The notes: a model not told the origin generated them from the sequence alone. A DNA stretch of 64,000 nt from Candidatus Omnitrophota bacterium (GCA_029261035.1 JAJDCD010000004.1:132765-196764); one strand, 5' to 3'; shown: positions 19,823-29,185, counted from the stretch's first letter. Numbers and translations are program-made.

Positions 19823-21181
19823 CTACTTTATTTTTTCCAGAAGTTCATTAACACGGTCTTCGATAGTTCTTCGGATCTCTTCAAGTCGCTTTTCGGTATT
19901 TGCTTCAAAACGCATAACAACGACAGGCTGGGTATTAGAAGCTCGAATCAACCCCCACCCATCTTCGAATGTAACACGAGCTCCATCAATGTCATTCACA
20001 TTGAGACCTTGTCGTTTAAAACTTTCTGTAGCTTCCTTAACCAGTTCAAACTTTCGATCGTCAGAACATTCTCTTCGAATTTCAGGGGTAGCAAAAGTTT
20101 GAGGGATTTCCGAAAGCATTTCTGATAGTGATTTATCCGAGTTTGCAACAATCTCTAATAACCGACAAGCCGTATAAACACCACTATCAAAACCAAACCA
20201 TCTGTCTTGATAAAAAATGTGCCCACTCATCTCTCCCGCTAACTCAGAATCCGTCTCTTTCATTTTTGCTTTAATTAAAGAGTGCCCTGTTTTCCACATA
20301 ATGGCTTTACCACCATGAGCTTCGATATCTTCATACATCAAGTTGCTGCATTTAACATCTCCAATAATCGTAGCTCCCTTTTTCCTTGATAAAACTTCTC
20401 TAGCAAGCAAGATCATCAAGCGATCACCAAACACGATATTTCCTTCGTTGTCCACAACGCCAACACGATCACCATCTCCATCAAAAGACAATCCTAAATC
20501 CACCTTGGATTTTTTAACTTTCCCTATCAATTCTTCTAGATTTTTAGGGACCGTAGGATCTGCTGGATGATTAGGGAATGTTCCATCAAGCTCTGTGTAC
20601 ATTTCCTCTGTCTTACACCCCAACTTCTTAAATACTTCAGGAGCTACAACCCCCGCCATTCCATTCGCACAATCTATAATAATAGACAGTTTTTTCTTCA
20701 ACTTAATTTGACTCACAATTTCATCAATATATTTATCTAAAATTTTAACGGAAGATGCCTTCCCTTTCCCTTCAAGAAAAGTTCCAAGTTGCATCATCTT
20801 ATACAACCCCTGAATCTCTGAGCCATGCATCGACGTCGTACCCACACAAATTTTTAAACCATTGTGATCCGGAGGATTATGACTGCCCGTCACCATAATT
20901 CCACCATCCACTTTCAAATGATGAATCGAATAATAAAGAGCCGGCGTCGTAACTAGACCTAAACGCTTTACATCCATCCCCGTCGAAGTGATCCCATCCA
21001 CTAACGCTTTCTCAATTCTTTTGGAACTAACACGACAGTCATGACCGACCGTCACAACTTTCTTCTTTGCATGCTTCAGCTGAGTTCCATAGGCTTTACC
21101 AATCGCTTCAACAACCTCTGAGGTCAAATCCGTATCAGCAACCCCTCTAATATCATATTCTCTAAAAATTTGTGGGTTCAT
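19823..21181 (-). CDS. manB: phosphomannomutase/phosphoglucomutase
   Basis: Active-site phosphoserine loop TGSHNPPDHNGLK and metal-binding loop FDGDGDR. Confidence 0.85.
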   Translation of the reverse strand: MNPQIFREYDIRGVADTDLTSEVVEAIGKAYGTQLKHAKKKVVTVGHDCRVSSKRIEKALVDGITSTGMDVKRLGLVTTPALYYSIHHLKVDGGIMVTGSHNPPDHNGLKICVGTTSMHGSEIQGLYKMMQLGTFLEGKGKASSVKILDKYIDEIVSQIKLKKKLSIIIDCANGMAGVVAPEVFKKLGCKTEEMYTELDGTFPNHPADPTVPKNLEELIGKVKKSKVDLGLSFDGDGDRVGVVDNEGNIVFGDRLMILLAREVLSRKKGATIIGDVKCSNLMYEDIEAHGGKAIMWKTGHSLIKAKMKETDSELAGEMSGHIFYQDRWFGFDSGVYTACRLLEIVANSDKSLSEMLSEIPQTFATPEIRRECSDDRKFELVKEATESFKRQGLNVNDIDGARVTFEDGWGLIRASNTQPVVVMRFEANTEKRLEEIRRTIEDRVNELLEKIK

Positions 21182-21295
21182 AATATACTTCCATTGTTTA
21201 TAGCCATTCGCTTTTGGCTATTGGTTAATTCTAAATTATGTCTGAACCGCCATACGACTGACTGCGCTAAAGCTTCGTCAGTTAAAAAAGCTGTT

Positions 21296-21362
21296 CTTGT
21301 TTTAAATTATGCCTGGCCCGCCAGACGAAGCTGAGGGCACGAAGAGTGCCTTAGCGTAGTCT
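21296..21362 (-). repeat. conserved tRNA 3'-trailer element (GC hairpin GTCTGGC-CCG-CCAGAC plus TTAGCGTAGTCTGG), copy 1
   Basis: Shares about 55 nt with the segment directly 3' of tRNA-Arg at 44333-44386. Confidence 0.5.
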
Positions 21363-21447
21363 GGTGCAGGGAGGGGGACTTGAACCCCCACGGCCTTGCG
21401 GCCACAAGCACCTCAAGCTTGCGTGTCTGCCATTCCACCACCCCTGC
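21363..21447 (-). tRNA. tRNA-Leu (anticodon GAG)
   Basis: Manual fold: acceptor GCAGGGG/TCCCTGC, anticodon stem CAAGC/GCTTG with loop TTGAGGT, long variable arm, T-arm GGGGG-TTCAAGT-CCCCC and an encoded CCA. Confidence 0.8.
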
Positions 21448-21634
21448 ACTTAAGTCAACCTCTTCACTTTGAAGGACTTGCAAGGGATTATATCGGAATA
21501 ACCTATAGTATTCAAACTTCTTGATTTAAAGGGTAATTCTCAATTTCCTCTGGCTCTCATCTCTTAATAACTTTTTTCTCAAAAACCTCTAGAAATTATG
21601 CAGATCTACCCTTAATATATACAACTCTTAAATA

Positions 21635-21708
21635 TGGGGAATGGTGTAATGGTAGCACGAGTGATTCTGGTTCATTTAGTCAAGGTTCGAGTCCTTGTTC
21701 CCCAGCCA
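21635..21708 (+). tRNA. tRNA-Gln (anticodon CTG)
   Basis: Manual fold: U1:A72 acceptor TGGGGAA/TTCCCCA (as in bacterial tRNA-Gln), anticodon loop TTCTGGT, T-arm CAAGG-TTCGAGT-CCTTG and an encoded CCA. Confidence 0.7.
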
Positions 21709-21822
21709 CACACAACAAGTATGTATGGCCGAGCCCTACTAAATTTTACTGATATGAGCCCTGTACCGACTACGAAGCGCTAGCGAAGTGTTCAGTCTGG
21801 TTCACGGGCCATACTAACAGAT

Positions 21823-24800
21823 TTATGCCGCTTGTGCGATTTGACGGTAAGATTCAATTTGCTCCTGTATCTCAGCTAGCACTCCAAGAACACCCAGACC
21901 TACTATCCAAGAGCTCCCTACCTGATTTAACCCTAATTTTCTTAAGACCCCTTCTCTATCAGAAGCCGCTAGTTGAGAAACTAATAGCAATACGGAAAAT
22001 AAAGGCGCTTTATCTAATTTTCCTCCAATGACGGTTTCATCAAAAGAAACAGATAGCTTATCTTTTTGTAGCACAACTTCTTCTCTTTGACTTTTAGAAT
22101 GAAGTTCTAAAACAGCCTGATTTTGAATCCATAAATCATCATAAGGTAACGGCACGATTCCTTGAGCTTTGGCTAATTCCCAAAGCCTTCTGAGTTGAGG
22201 TGATTTCTGATCAAAGTCCAACATAAAAATAATTTTGTCTTTATTGGATAAATTCTGAATTAAATCTTCCAACTCTTCTTGAGTCTGTTCTTCTAAAAAT
22301 TTTTGCGTTACTAGCAAAACTTTTGGATTATTATAATTTTGAGGTTTTAGATTTAAATATCGAAGCATATCTTCAAATTGAATTTCTTTTTCATCTGCTA
22401 AAACAAAACCTTTTATCTCTTCTGGCCAAACTGCTAAAGCTTCAACATCAAAAATTAAATTAGTTACTTCTACTACCGCAACAACATCCCCTAAACTACT
22501 ACCCAAACTTCTATTTATTCGTTGGCTTTCTCTTGAATTATCCTCAACCATTCTAATGTTTTCTCCTAAAATAACTTCATCTCCAACTGTTATAGAATTT
22601 AAAAACCTCTTCCCCTTTTCAATACCCGGAACAACAGCTCTCAATTTTCCAGTTTTGCGAGAACCGTCATTTAAGGTTACGGTAACGGTAGATAATCTAT
22701 TTATTATTTGTAAGAGTTCTCCAATTTTATTCGGATTTTCAAAATAAGGAACCTCTTCTCCCATACTACTTGCCTGAGTTGATAAATCTTCTGAGAACAC
22801 TCGGGTTCCTAAATTCAGTTTTTCATTAAATACCTGGGATAAGCCTGATGAATCAACAATCGTTCCGGTACGTCCTGGTCTTGCTTGAACAAAACGTACT
22901 ATTTCTTCCACTTTGGGCCCCATACTCCCTTTTGGGAATTGACCTTCTTCTAAATATTTAAGAAGCTGTTTTGGCAAGGGGCGTGACAACACTTCTTCTT
23001 CGGGAGAGCCGAAGTTAATGGTAACTTTAGGAACACCGGTTACAATCAATAAATGAGAGAAATCAAGTTCATGTGCTAATAGCTGTGAACTCCTATCTTT
23101 ATCATTCACCCCCTCAACTTTGGTAATATCTCCTAATTCATTCACAGACACAGGAATTCCTCCCCCACCAACAGCAACAACAACTTTTCCATCATTAACG
23201 GCTTCTCTAATATCTAATAAATCACTCTCTAGAATCGAATAAGGTTTAGGAGAAGGAACAACTCGACGGTATTTTTTAGGATCTTTAGGATCTTGAAGTC
23301 TTTGTTCTTTCAAATCCCAAAAGTTCACTTTCCTCAATCTTTCTGATTGTGTCCTAGTGTAATACTCTCCAACCGGCTTCGTCGGATCAGAAAAAGCAGG
23401 GTCATCCTCCCGCACAATGACATGTGTTTTATTTAAATGAAGTTTTGGCAAGCTGATTTGCAGTTCTGTTGAAAGTTCTTTCCAAGCTCTTTGAATATAT
23501 CCAAAAATATTTTCTTGCGTCTGATCTACGATGTCATATAAAGGCGGTAAACTATCTCTACGCCCGCTTGCAACCTCTGCTTCAAAGTGTTTTAGCAAAT
23601 CTCCAACTTGAGGCCCGTTTCCATGAACCAATAATATTTTATACCCCTGCCGATAAAGATCGACCACACCTCGAAGAGCCTCTTTTACATTTAAATACTG
23701 ACTCTCAGAATCTCTCTTTCCAGCTCTAGGCCCCTCTGTCATAATAAATGCATTTCCACCCAAAGCAATCACAACTCTTTTCGATGCTCCTAAACTATCT
23801 CCAAAAAAACTCTGAATCTCAGTAGCCCTCTTCAATAAAGACTTCCTCTCACCTGTCCCTGGCCCCTTAAAATAGAGCTGTCCTAATTTAAATTTTTTAC
23901 CCCCATTATCAGCAGGATTGTTATAACGAATAACTCCATAAAGAGCTCCCATCTTTAACAGAACTCCAAAAGAAGATGTGCTCAATTTTGATGAGTTTGA
24001 AGCAGGTGCTGCCCAGTCATAAATACCTAATATTTCCCCATCTTTAAATAACTTAATTCCTACAATCTTAATAATATCTAATAACTCTCTTTTAGAAAAA
24101 ACATCAAGCGCTTTAGCTTGAATAGGTTTTACTCCTCCTGATTTTCTGTCTAACAACATGAGGGGAATATCGAACCAAGCTGGTTTTTGCCCTAAAGAAG
24201 ATGCTTTAATTGTTTCAATAGTCCCAAAAGCCAATCTCTGGCGCGCACTCACAACACGTTGTCCCATTAAAGCTACCTGAGCCTCATCAGACTGTGCCCA
24301 TGACGCTTTCATCAATGTTGACTTTCTAAAGCCTCGAACCATTGATTCTTTATATTGAGAAGGTTTAAGCTCTGAAATCCGAGGTTGTATTGAGGAATAA
24401 GAAATCCGCTCCCTTTCAAAGAGTTTAGATAATCCAGATGTGTGAAATCCGCCCGAGACCAAGATGGCTTCCGAATGATTATTCTCTTTCAAATATTCTC
24501 TTATTTTTCTTAAAAAAGTCTCGTCCCTTTTCTCTACTTCTTTGTAAAAAGAAAGAGCTTTGGATATCGCCTCGCCTACACCAAATTCTGAATAAGCTTT
24601 TGTTTGGACTAAGGTTTCATACCGTTTAGGCGTGAGTTCTAAAGCAAGCAAGTCTTGAGTTAAATGAAATTGATGTGTTTTGAGAATTAATTCCGATTGT
24701 TCTAAAGAGAGAGCTATTTTTTCCCAGAGTAGGTTTGCCATTCGATCCACTTCATCAAATAAACCTTCTGAAAAAATCTCAGATTGAAGAATTCGATTCC

Positions 24801-25809
24801 TAGAAAGAGCGCTTAGCTGTGGATAATCCTTAAAAAGAAAACCTCTATCCTTAAATCTTGAATAAAACTGCTCTAGTAAAATTCTTAAAGAAGAAACAGG
24901 AGAACCTCGAGTATCATAATCACTGGAAAATAAAAGTTCCTGCAATTCATGAGCCCAGGGTTGAGCCATCTCCTGTTTCAAAAATAGTTGTGTTATTTGA
25001 TTCCATTCTGTTTTAGCTTGTTCTAAGTCTAATACTTGTTCTTGATTTTGAAGGGCATATAAACGAACTAAATTAGGATACTTCCATTGATGTTTTGCCT
25101 CTTTTAGATTTAACCCCAAGGTCTCTTCAGCCATCAAATATAAAAGATCTACATAAGAAGCCCAAGACTCTGATTCAGGTCTATTCAAAAAATAACGATA
25201 GAGCTTGAGAGATTTTTTACGAAACAACTTTGACGCTTGTTTATCTAGCAATAGTTTTTGTTTTTCCTTCCACTCAACTACTTGACTTTCTATCGCCATA
25301 ACTTCCTGAAACAAATTAAAATTTTTCCTGTATTGCTCGATAGACTCAATACCAATAACTCTAAGGTTTCCATCTTGAAGCAAAGCAAGCTCCGCAGCAT
25401 TAATTTCTCCTAGATCAACAAGGTGCTCCAGCACATTTTCATTCAATAACGGATCTTGATCCAACTGAAGGTAACTAGAGTCTAACGTTTCAACAGCCCC
25501 CTCAAGAAAAACAATCTTCACTCCTCTTTCTTTGGATAATCGTAAAATAAGCTCAGAGACTTTTCTTTGCCCCTGCGCATTACCATGAGCATCTTGAATA
25601 TGGATAATATGAGGGTTTTCAGAAGTAAAGGATTGAGAAAAGAGCTTTTGGCTCTGAATTTTTGCTAAGACAGAAGGAATAGAAACTGCTGAAGTCATAG
25701 GTGCTGAGAGAGTACTTGAAGAAGCGAAACCTAAACTATTTGAAGTTGCAACCAAACTCACAATTAAACTATAAGAAACTAATTTATATAAATATTGCTT
25801 TATGCCCAT
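21823..25809 (-). CDS. very large (1328 aa) putative secreted multidomain protein with an embedded carbamate-kinase-like domain
   Basis: N-terminal signal-peptide-like segment. Central region has carbamate kinase signatures VVIALGGNAF...LLVHGNGPQVG...VAVGGGGIPV...DKD...GSMGPKV. About 650 aa N-terminal and 330 aa C-terminal have no recognisable catalytic motifs (possible TraB/GumN-like GGFHTSG region). Confidence 0.6.
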   Translation of the reverse strand: MGIKQYLYKLVSYSLIVSLVATSNSLGFASSSTLSAPMTSAVSIPSVLAKIQSQKLFSQSFTSENPHIIHIQDAHGNAQGQRKVSELILRLSKERGVKIVFLEGAVETLDSSYLQLDQDPLLNENVLEHLVDLGEINAAELALLQDGNLRVIGIESIEQYRKNFNLFQEVMAIESQVVEWKEKQKLLLDKQASKLFRKKSLKLYRYFLNRPESESWASYVDLLYLMAEETLGLNLKEAKHQWKYPNLVRLYALQNQEQVLDLEQAKTEWNQITQLFLKQEMAQPWAHELQELLFSSDYDTRGSPVSSLRILLEQFYSRFKDRGFLFKDYPQLSALSRNRILQSEIFSEGLFDEVDRMANLLWEKIALSLEQSELILKTHQFHLTQDLLALELTPKRYETLVQTKAYSEFGVGEAISKALSFYKEVEKRDETFLRKIREYLKENNHSEAILVSGGFHTSGLSKLFERERISYSSIQPRISELKPSQYKESMVRGFRKSTLMKASWAQSDEAQVALMGQRVVSARQRLAFGTIETIKASSLGQKPAWFDIPLMLLDRKSGGVKPIQAKALDVFSKRELLDIIKIVGIKLFKDGEILGIYDWAAPASNSSKLSTSSFGVLLKMGALYGVIRYNNPADNGGKKFKLGQLYFKGPGTGERKSLLKRATEIQSFFGDSLGASKRVVIALGGNAFIMTEGPRAGKRDSESQYLNVKEALRGVVDLYRQGYKILLVHGNGPQVGDLLKHFEAEVASGRRDSLPPLYDIVDQTQENIFGYIQRAWKELSTELQISLPKLHLNKTHVIVREDDPAFSDPTKPVGEYYTRTQSERLRKVNFWDLKEQRLQDPKDPKKYRRVVPSPKPYSILESDLLDIREAVNDGKVVVAVGGGGIPVSVNELGDITKVEGVNDKDRSSQLLAHELDFSHLLIVTGVPKVTINFGSPEEEVLSRPLPKQLLKYLEEGQFPKGSMGPKVEEIVRFVQARPGRTGTIVDSSGLSQVFNEKLNLGTRVFSEDLSTQASSMGEEVPYFENPNKIGELLQIINRLSTVTVTLNDGSRKTGKLRAVVPGIEKGKRFLNSITVGDEVILGENIRMVEDNSRESQRINRSLGSSLGDVVAVVEVTNLIFDVEALAVWPEEIKGFVLADEKEIQFEDMLRYLNLKPQNYNNPKVLLVTQKFLEEQTQEELEDLIQNLSNKDKIIFMLDFDQKSPQLRRLWELAKAQGIVPLPYDDLWIQNQAVLELHSKSQREEVVLQKDKLSVSFDETVIGGKLDKAPLFSVLLLVSQLAASDREGVLRKLGLNQVGSSWIVGLGVLGVLAEIQEQIESYRQIAQAA

Positions 25810-25993
25810 GCGTAACCACCGTAAATAAATTTGGGTAAAAGTCTAGCATAAGCACTTATGATTACAAGAGGTTATGTAATAAGAATCTATGATTTTTAGA
25901 TTAAAACTATCTAAGTACTTGTGGTATAAGAATATAGATATAAAACAAGATTGCTTGGTACCAGACACCTAAAGAGGTGCCTGGCACTACAAA

Positions 25994-26386
25994 CTACGAG
26001 CGAGGAAGATTGGGTATTTCATAAGGCTTAGGAGGTGATTTTGGCTTTTCAGGGATTTTAGTCATCTCACCCGCACCCATAGCATCTAAAGCCGCTCTTT
26101 TTGCTCTAACCGCTTGCTGCATATCTCCAATTTCCATATTCAGTTTAGAAATTTTGTCTTTATTGCGATCTCGATCTCTAGAACTTTGAATGTCAGCTCC
26201 AAATTCACTTTGTTCTCTAGCAATTCGTTGCTGTTTAAACCTCATCTCTTTTTCCAAATCTTCTATTTCATACTTCAATTGCTCTGCTTCTGATTTCGCT
26301 TCAGGCCGTTCACTTCCAGCATATAAAGGGCCCATAACTAAACACAATACGATCAAACTCAAACAACTTTTTATCCATACATTCAT
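25994..26386 (-). CDS. small secreted coiled-coil protein (hypothetical)
   Basis: Start moved to the MNVWIK Met, which has AGGAGG 8 nt upstream. Signal peptide, then a charged coiled-coil region. Confidence 0.5.
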   Translation of the reverse strand: MNVWIKSCLSLIVLCLVMGPLYAGSERPEAKSEAEQLKYEIEDLEKEMRFKQQRIAREQSEFGADIQSSRDRDRNKDKISKLNMEIGDMQQAVRAKRAALDAMGAGEMTKIPEKPKSPPKPYEIPNLPRS

Positions 26387-26396
26387 AACACACCTC

Positions 26397-26933
26397 CTAT
26401 TTTGCTTTAGGTCTTGCACCATCTAAATAATCCTTATTATACTTTTTTACGATCTCCAAAGCTTTTTCAGCATTTTCCCAACCCATAACAGCCGTTTCTT
26501 TCTCTTCCATTTCTTTATACCGGTTGAAAAAATATTCAATTTCATCTAACTGATGCTTGGGTAATTCATCATAGTCGTTAACATTTAAATAGTACGGATC
26601 CGTACAATGCACGGCAATAATTTTTTCATCTAGATCTTTCTCATCCCGCATTGTTAAAACACCAATGGGTCTTGACTCAATTAAACAACCGGTAAAAGTA
26701 GGCTCTCTTGTTAACACAAGAACATCTAAAGGATCATCGTCAGGAGCATAGGTGGATGGAATAAATCCATAAGGTGCCGGATATGTAATCGTTGAATAAA
26801 TAGTTCGGTCCAGTTTAAAAACTTCCCATTTAGGATCATATTCATATTTACTTCGAGAACCTTGCGGTATCTCAATAATTGCATTCACCAAATTTATTTC
26901 TAATTTCCCTGCTGGTAATTCTGTTAAATTCAT
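26397..26933 (-). CDS. ppa: inorganic pyrophosphatase (family I)
   Basis: 178 aa with family I PPase fold signatures (EYDPKWEVFKLDR...DDDPLDVLVL). Confidence 0.85.
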   Translation of the reverse strand: MNLTELPAGKLEINLVNAIIEIPQGSRSKYEYDPKWEVFKLDRTIYSTITYPAPYGFIPSTYAPDDDPLDVLVLTREPTFTGCLIESRPIGVLTMRDEKDLDEKIIAVHCTDPYYLNVNDYDELPKHQLDEIEYFFNRYKEMEEKETAVMGWENAEKALEIVKKYNKDYLDGARPKAK

Positions 26934-26940
26934 CTTACCC

Positions 26941-27639
26941 TCACTTTAAAAATTGTTTAGCATTATTCATTAACAAATTAGTTCCATATACATTCTTATT
27001 CACTACTTTATAGACAACATCTCTCTCTCGAACTTTGGACTTTGTAATAATTCCTATCTCTTCTCCTTTACTCGCCTGCTCCACATCTTTGCGATTAATC
27101 TGCATCGATTTAATCTTTTGCTTAAAATCGCTTGTTACACCTTTAATATGGATTTGATCTCCAATTCTCAAGGTTCCTTTTTCAATCTTAATTATACCCG
27201 CTTTTACGCCAGAAAAGTAATGGGTAATCACTCCAACTTGCTCTCCTAACCCTGAAGAAGCCTTGCCTTTCACTCTACGAAGGGCCTTTTTAACAGGCTT
27301 CTTCATTTTTTTCTTCTTCACCGCTTTTTTCTTTATTTTCTTTTTTAAAGGCTTCTTTTTTAGAACTTTCTTAACTTTCTTCTTAGCGACTTTCTTTTTT
27401 GCCTTTTTTTTCTTAACCGCTTTTTTCTTAACTACTTTCTTTTTTTTGGCTTTTTTCTTAACAACCTTCTTTTTAACTTTTTTCTTCGTCACTTTCTTTT
27501 TAGAAACCTTTTTCTTAACAGGCCTCTTCTTCTTAACGGTTCGCTTTTTTACGACCTTTTTCTTCTTACGTCTTTTAGGCTTCTCATCCTCACCCATCAA
27601 AACCTTAAATGCCCTAACCACTCGCTTAAATATTGGCAT
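26941..27639 (-). CDS. lysine-rich histone H1-like protein with C-terminal EF-Tu-domain-2-like beta-barrel
   Basis: Residues 20-115 are almost pure K/V/A/R repeats (nucleotides about 27285-27590 are AAG/AAA low complexity). The C-terminal 100 aa (GVITHYFSGVKAGIIKIEKGTLRIGDQIHIKG) looks like a small beta-barrel. Confidence 0.6.
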   Translation of the reverse strand: MPIFKRVVRAFKVLMGEDEKPKRRKKKKVVKKRTVKKKRPVKKKVSKKKVTKKKVKKKVVKKKAKKKKVVKKKAVKKKKAKKKVAKKKVKKVLKKKPLKKKIKKKAVKKKKMKKPVKKALRRVKGKASSGLGEQVGVITHYFSGVKAGIIKIEKGTLRIGDQIHIKGVTSDFKQKIKSMQINRKDVEQASKGEEIGIITKSKVRERDVVYKVVNKNVYGTNLLMNNAKQFLK

Positions 27640-27731
27640 AACAAACCATCCCTTTTTTAACGATAAGATGCATATCTATGGAGCTTTTGTTTTCACCCCC
27701 CTACCTGCCCCCACAAGATAATAACTTCAAA

Positions 27732-27816
27732 GCTCAGAGATTGCTCTTCGCCGCGAGTTCACAAAAGTGACAATCACTTTTGTGCTGTCTGAGCGCCGGA
27801 GAGCAATCTCTGAGCG
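27732..27816 (+). repeat. nested-hairpin intergenic element, copy 1 (core CGCCGCGAGTT...CTGTCTGAGCGCC)
   Basis: Outer 17-bp inverted repeat GCTCAGAGATTGCTCTTCG/CGGAGAGCAATCTCTGAGC around the conserved core. Lies between gltX and the K-rich gene. Confidence 0.7.
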
Positions 27817-27833
27817 TAAAACCAACTCCTTAA

Positions 27834-29156
27834 TTATTCCTTAAAAGGAAGCTCCCCTAGATTTTCGATCACAAACCCTATTCTCTTAAGAACTTTCTCT
27901 TTTCCTAACAATTCCATAACCTCAAAAAGCCCCGGACTCACACCCCAACCTGTAATTGCCACTCGTATCGGATGAATCAACGTCGCCGCATTCACCCCTA
28001 ACGTTTCAGCCGTTTTCCGAACACACTCCTCTAAACCTTTTTCTGTAAAGTCGCTCAACGCTTCACATGCAGAAAGAACAGAAGTGAGAATGCGACTAAC
28101 TCCATCTACCTTTAAATATTTTTCAACAGAACTCTTGTCATACACCAAGGAATCACAAAAACAATAATCAGCTTGAATCAACACATCCTTCCACGTCTTA
28201 ATGCGTGTCTGAAAAAGCATAAACACTTTCCTAACATCTTCTTCAGAGCATCTCTCAGGAAAAAGTTTTCTGTTCTTCAAAAAAGACAACCCTTCTTCAG
28301 CACAATCTTCTGGCTTCATCTTTTTTAAATGTTCACTATTAATATAGTTTAACTTTTTTTGATTAAATCCAGCATTCGCTGAATTAACACGTTTTAGAGA
28401 AAATTTCTTAATCAGAGCTTCTTTAGAAAAAAGCTCTTCATTTCCTCCTGGCCCCCAACCCAACAGAGCCAAATAGTTCAACAAAGCTTCTGGAAGATAC
28501 CCTTCCTCTTGATAAGAGACTAAAGATACGTTGCCATGACGTTTGGATAAAGGAGCTCCGTCATCCCCCACAATCAAAGGAAGATGCGCATACTTAGGGA
28601 TCTTCCACCCAAAGGCCTCATACAAAAGAATATGCCTAGGTGTATTCGAAACATGATCTTCTCCTCGAATAACATGAGAAACCTCCATATCATGATCATC
28701 GACAACACATGCAAAATGATATGTTGGAAAACCATCCGACTTTAAAATAACTAAATCATCAAAAAGAGAAGCGTCGAATTCTATTTTCCCTTTAACCACA
28801 TCCCAGAAGACGACTTGTTTATGAGGCATTTTAAATTTTATTGCAGGCGTATCATCAACCTTGTAAGCCACCCCCTCAGCAACAAGCTGCTGAGCTAATT
28901 CTTGATAGCGAGGTAAATGCTCCGTTTGTCGTGAGATGTCCCCATCCCACTCCATACCAATCCACTTCAAACTATTCAAAATCTCATGCGTAAACTCTTC
29001 AGCGGAACGCTCTTGATCCGTATCTTCTATACGAAGAACAAATTGGCCTCCTTGATTTCGGGCGTAGAGATAGTTAAACAAAGCCGTTCGCACACCTCCA
29101 ATATGAAGATGCCCAGTGGGTGATGGGGCAAAACGTACTTTAATGTTATTAGACAT
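27834..29156 (-). CDS. gltX: glutamate--tRNA ligase
   Basis: HIGH motif PSPTGHLHIGG, a KMSKS-like LSKR and GluRS length of 440 aa. Confidence 0.85.
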   Translation of the reverse strand: MSNNIKVRFAPSPTGHLHIGGVRTALFNYLYARNQGGQFVLRIEDTDQERSAEEFTHEILNSLKWIGMEWDGDISRQTEHLPRYQELAQQLVAEGVAYKVDDTPAIKFKMPHKQVVFWDVVKGKIEFDASLFDDLVILKSDGFPTYHFACVVDDHDMEVSHVIRGEDHVSNTPRHILLYEAFGWKIPKYAHLPLIVGDDGAPLSKRHGNVSLVSYQEEGYLPEALLNYLALLGWGPGGNEELFSKEALIKKFSLKRVNSANAGFNQKKLNYINSEHLKKMKPEDCAEEGLSFLKNRKLFPERCSEEDVRKVFMLFQTRIKTWKDVLIQADYCFCDSLVYDKSSVEKYLKVDGVSRILTSVLSACEALSDFTEKGLEECVRKTAETLGVNAATLIHPIRVAITGWGVSPGLFEVMELLGKEKVLKRIGFVIENLGELPFKE

Positions 29157-29185
29157 AATTAAACCTATGATTGAATAATGTTAGG

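Noticed and set aside
21722-21822. Possible small RNA downstream of tRNA-Gln (TATGGCC...GGCCATA ends)
   Set aside because: Only weak end complementarity, with no conserved motif or second copy in the window.
27263-27721. Plus-strand 152-aa Phe-rich ORF
   Set aside because: Antisense to the poly-lysine (AAG/AAA) tract, so TTT/CTT codons arise automatically. The minus-strand K-rich gene has the better gene context.
27732-27816. Known riboswitch or T-box identity for the nested-hairpin elements
   Set aside because: No recognisable consensus of common riboswitch classes. The elements lie between cistrons rather than in 5' leaders, so they are kept as an unknown structured element.
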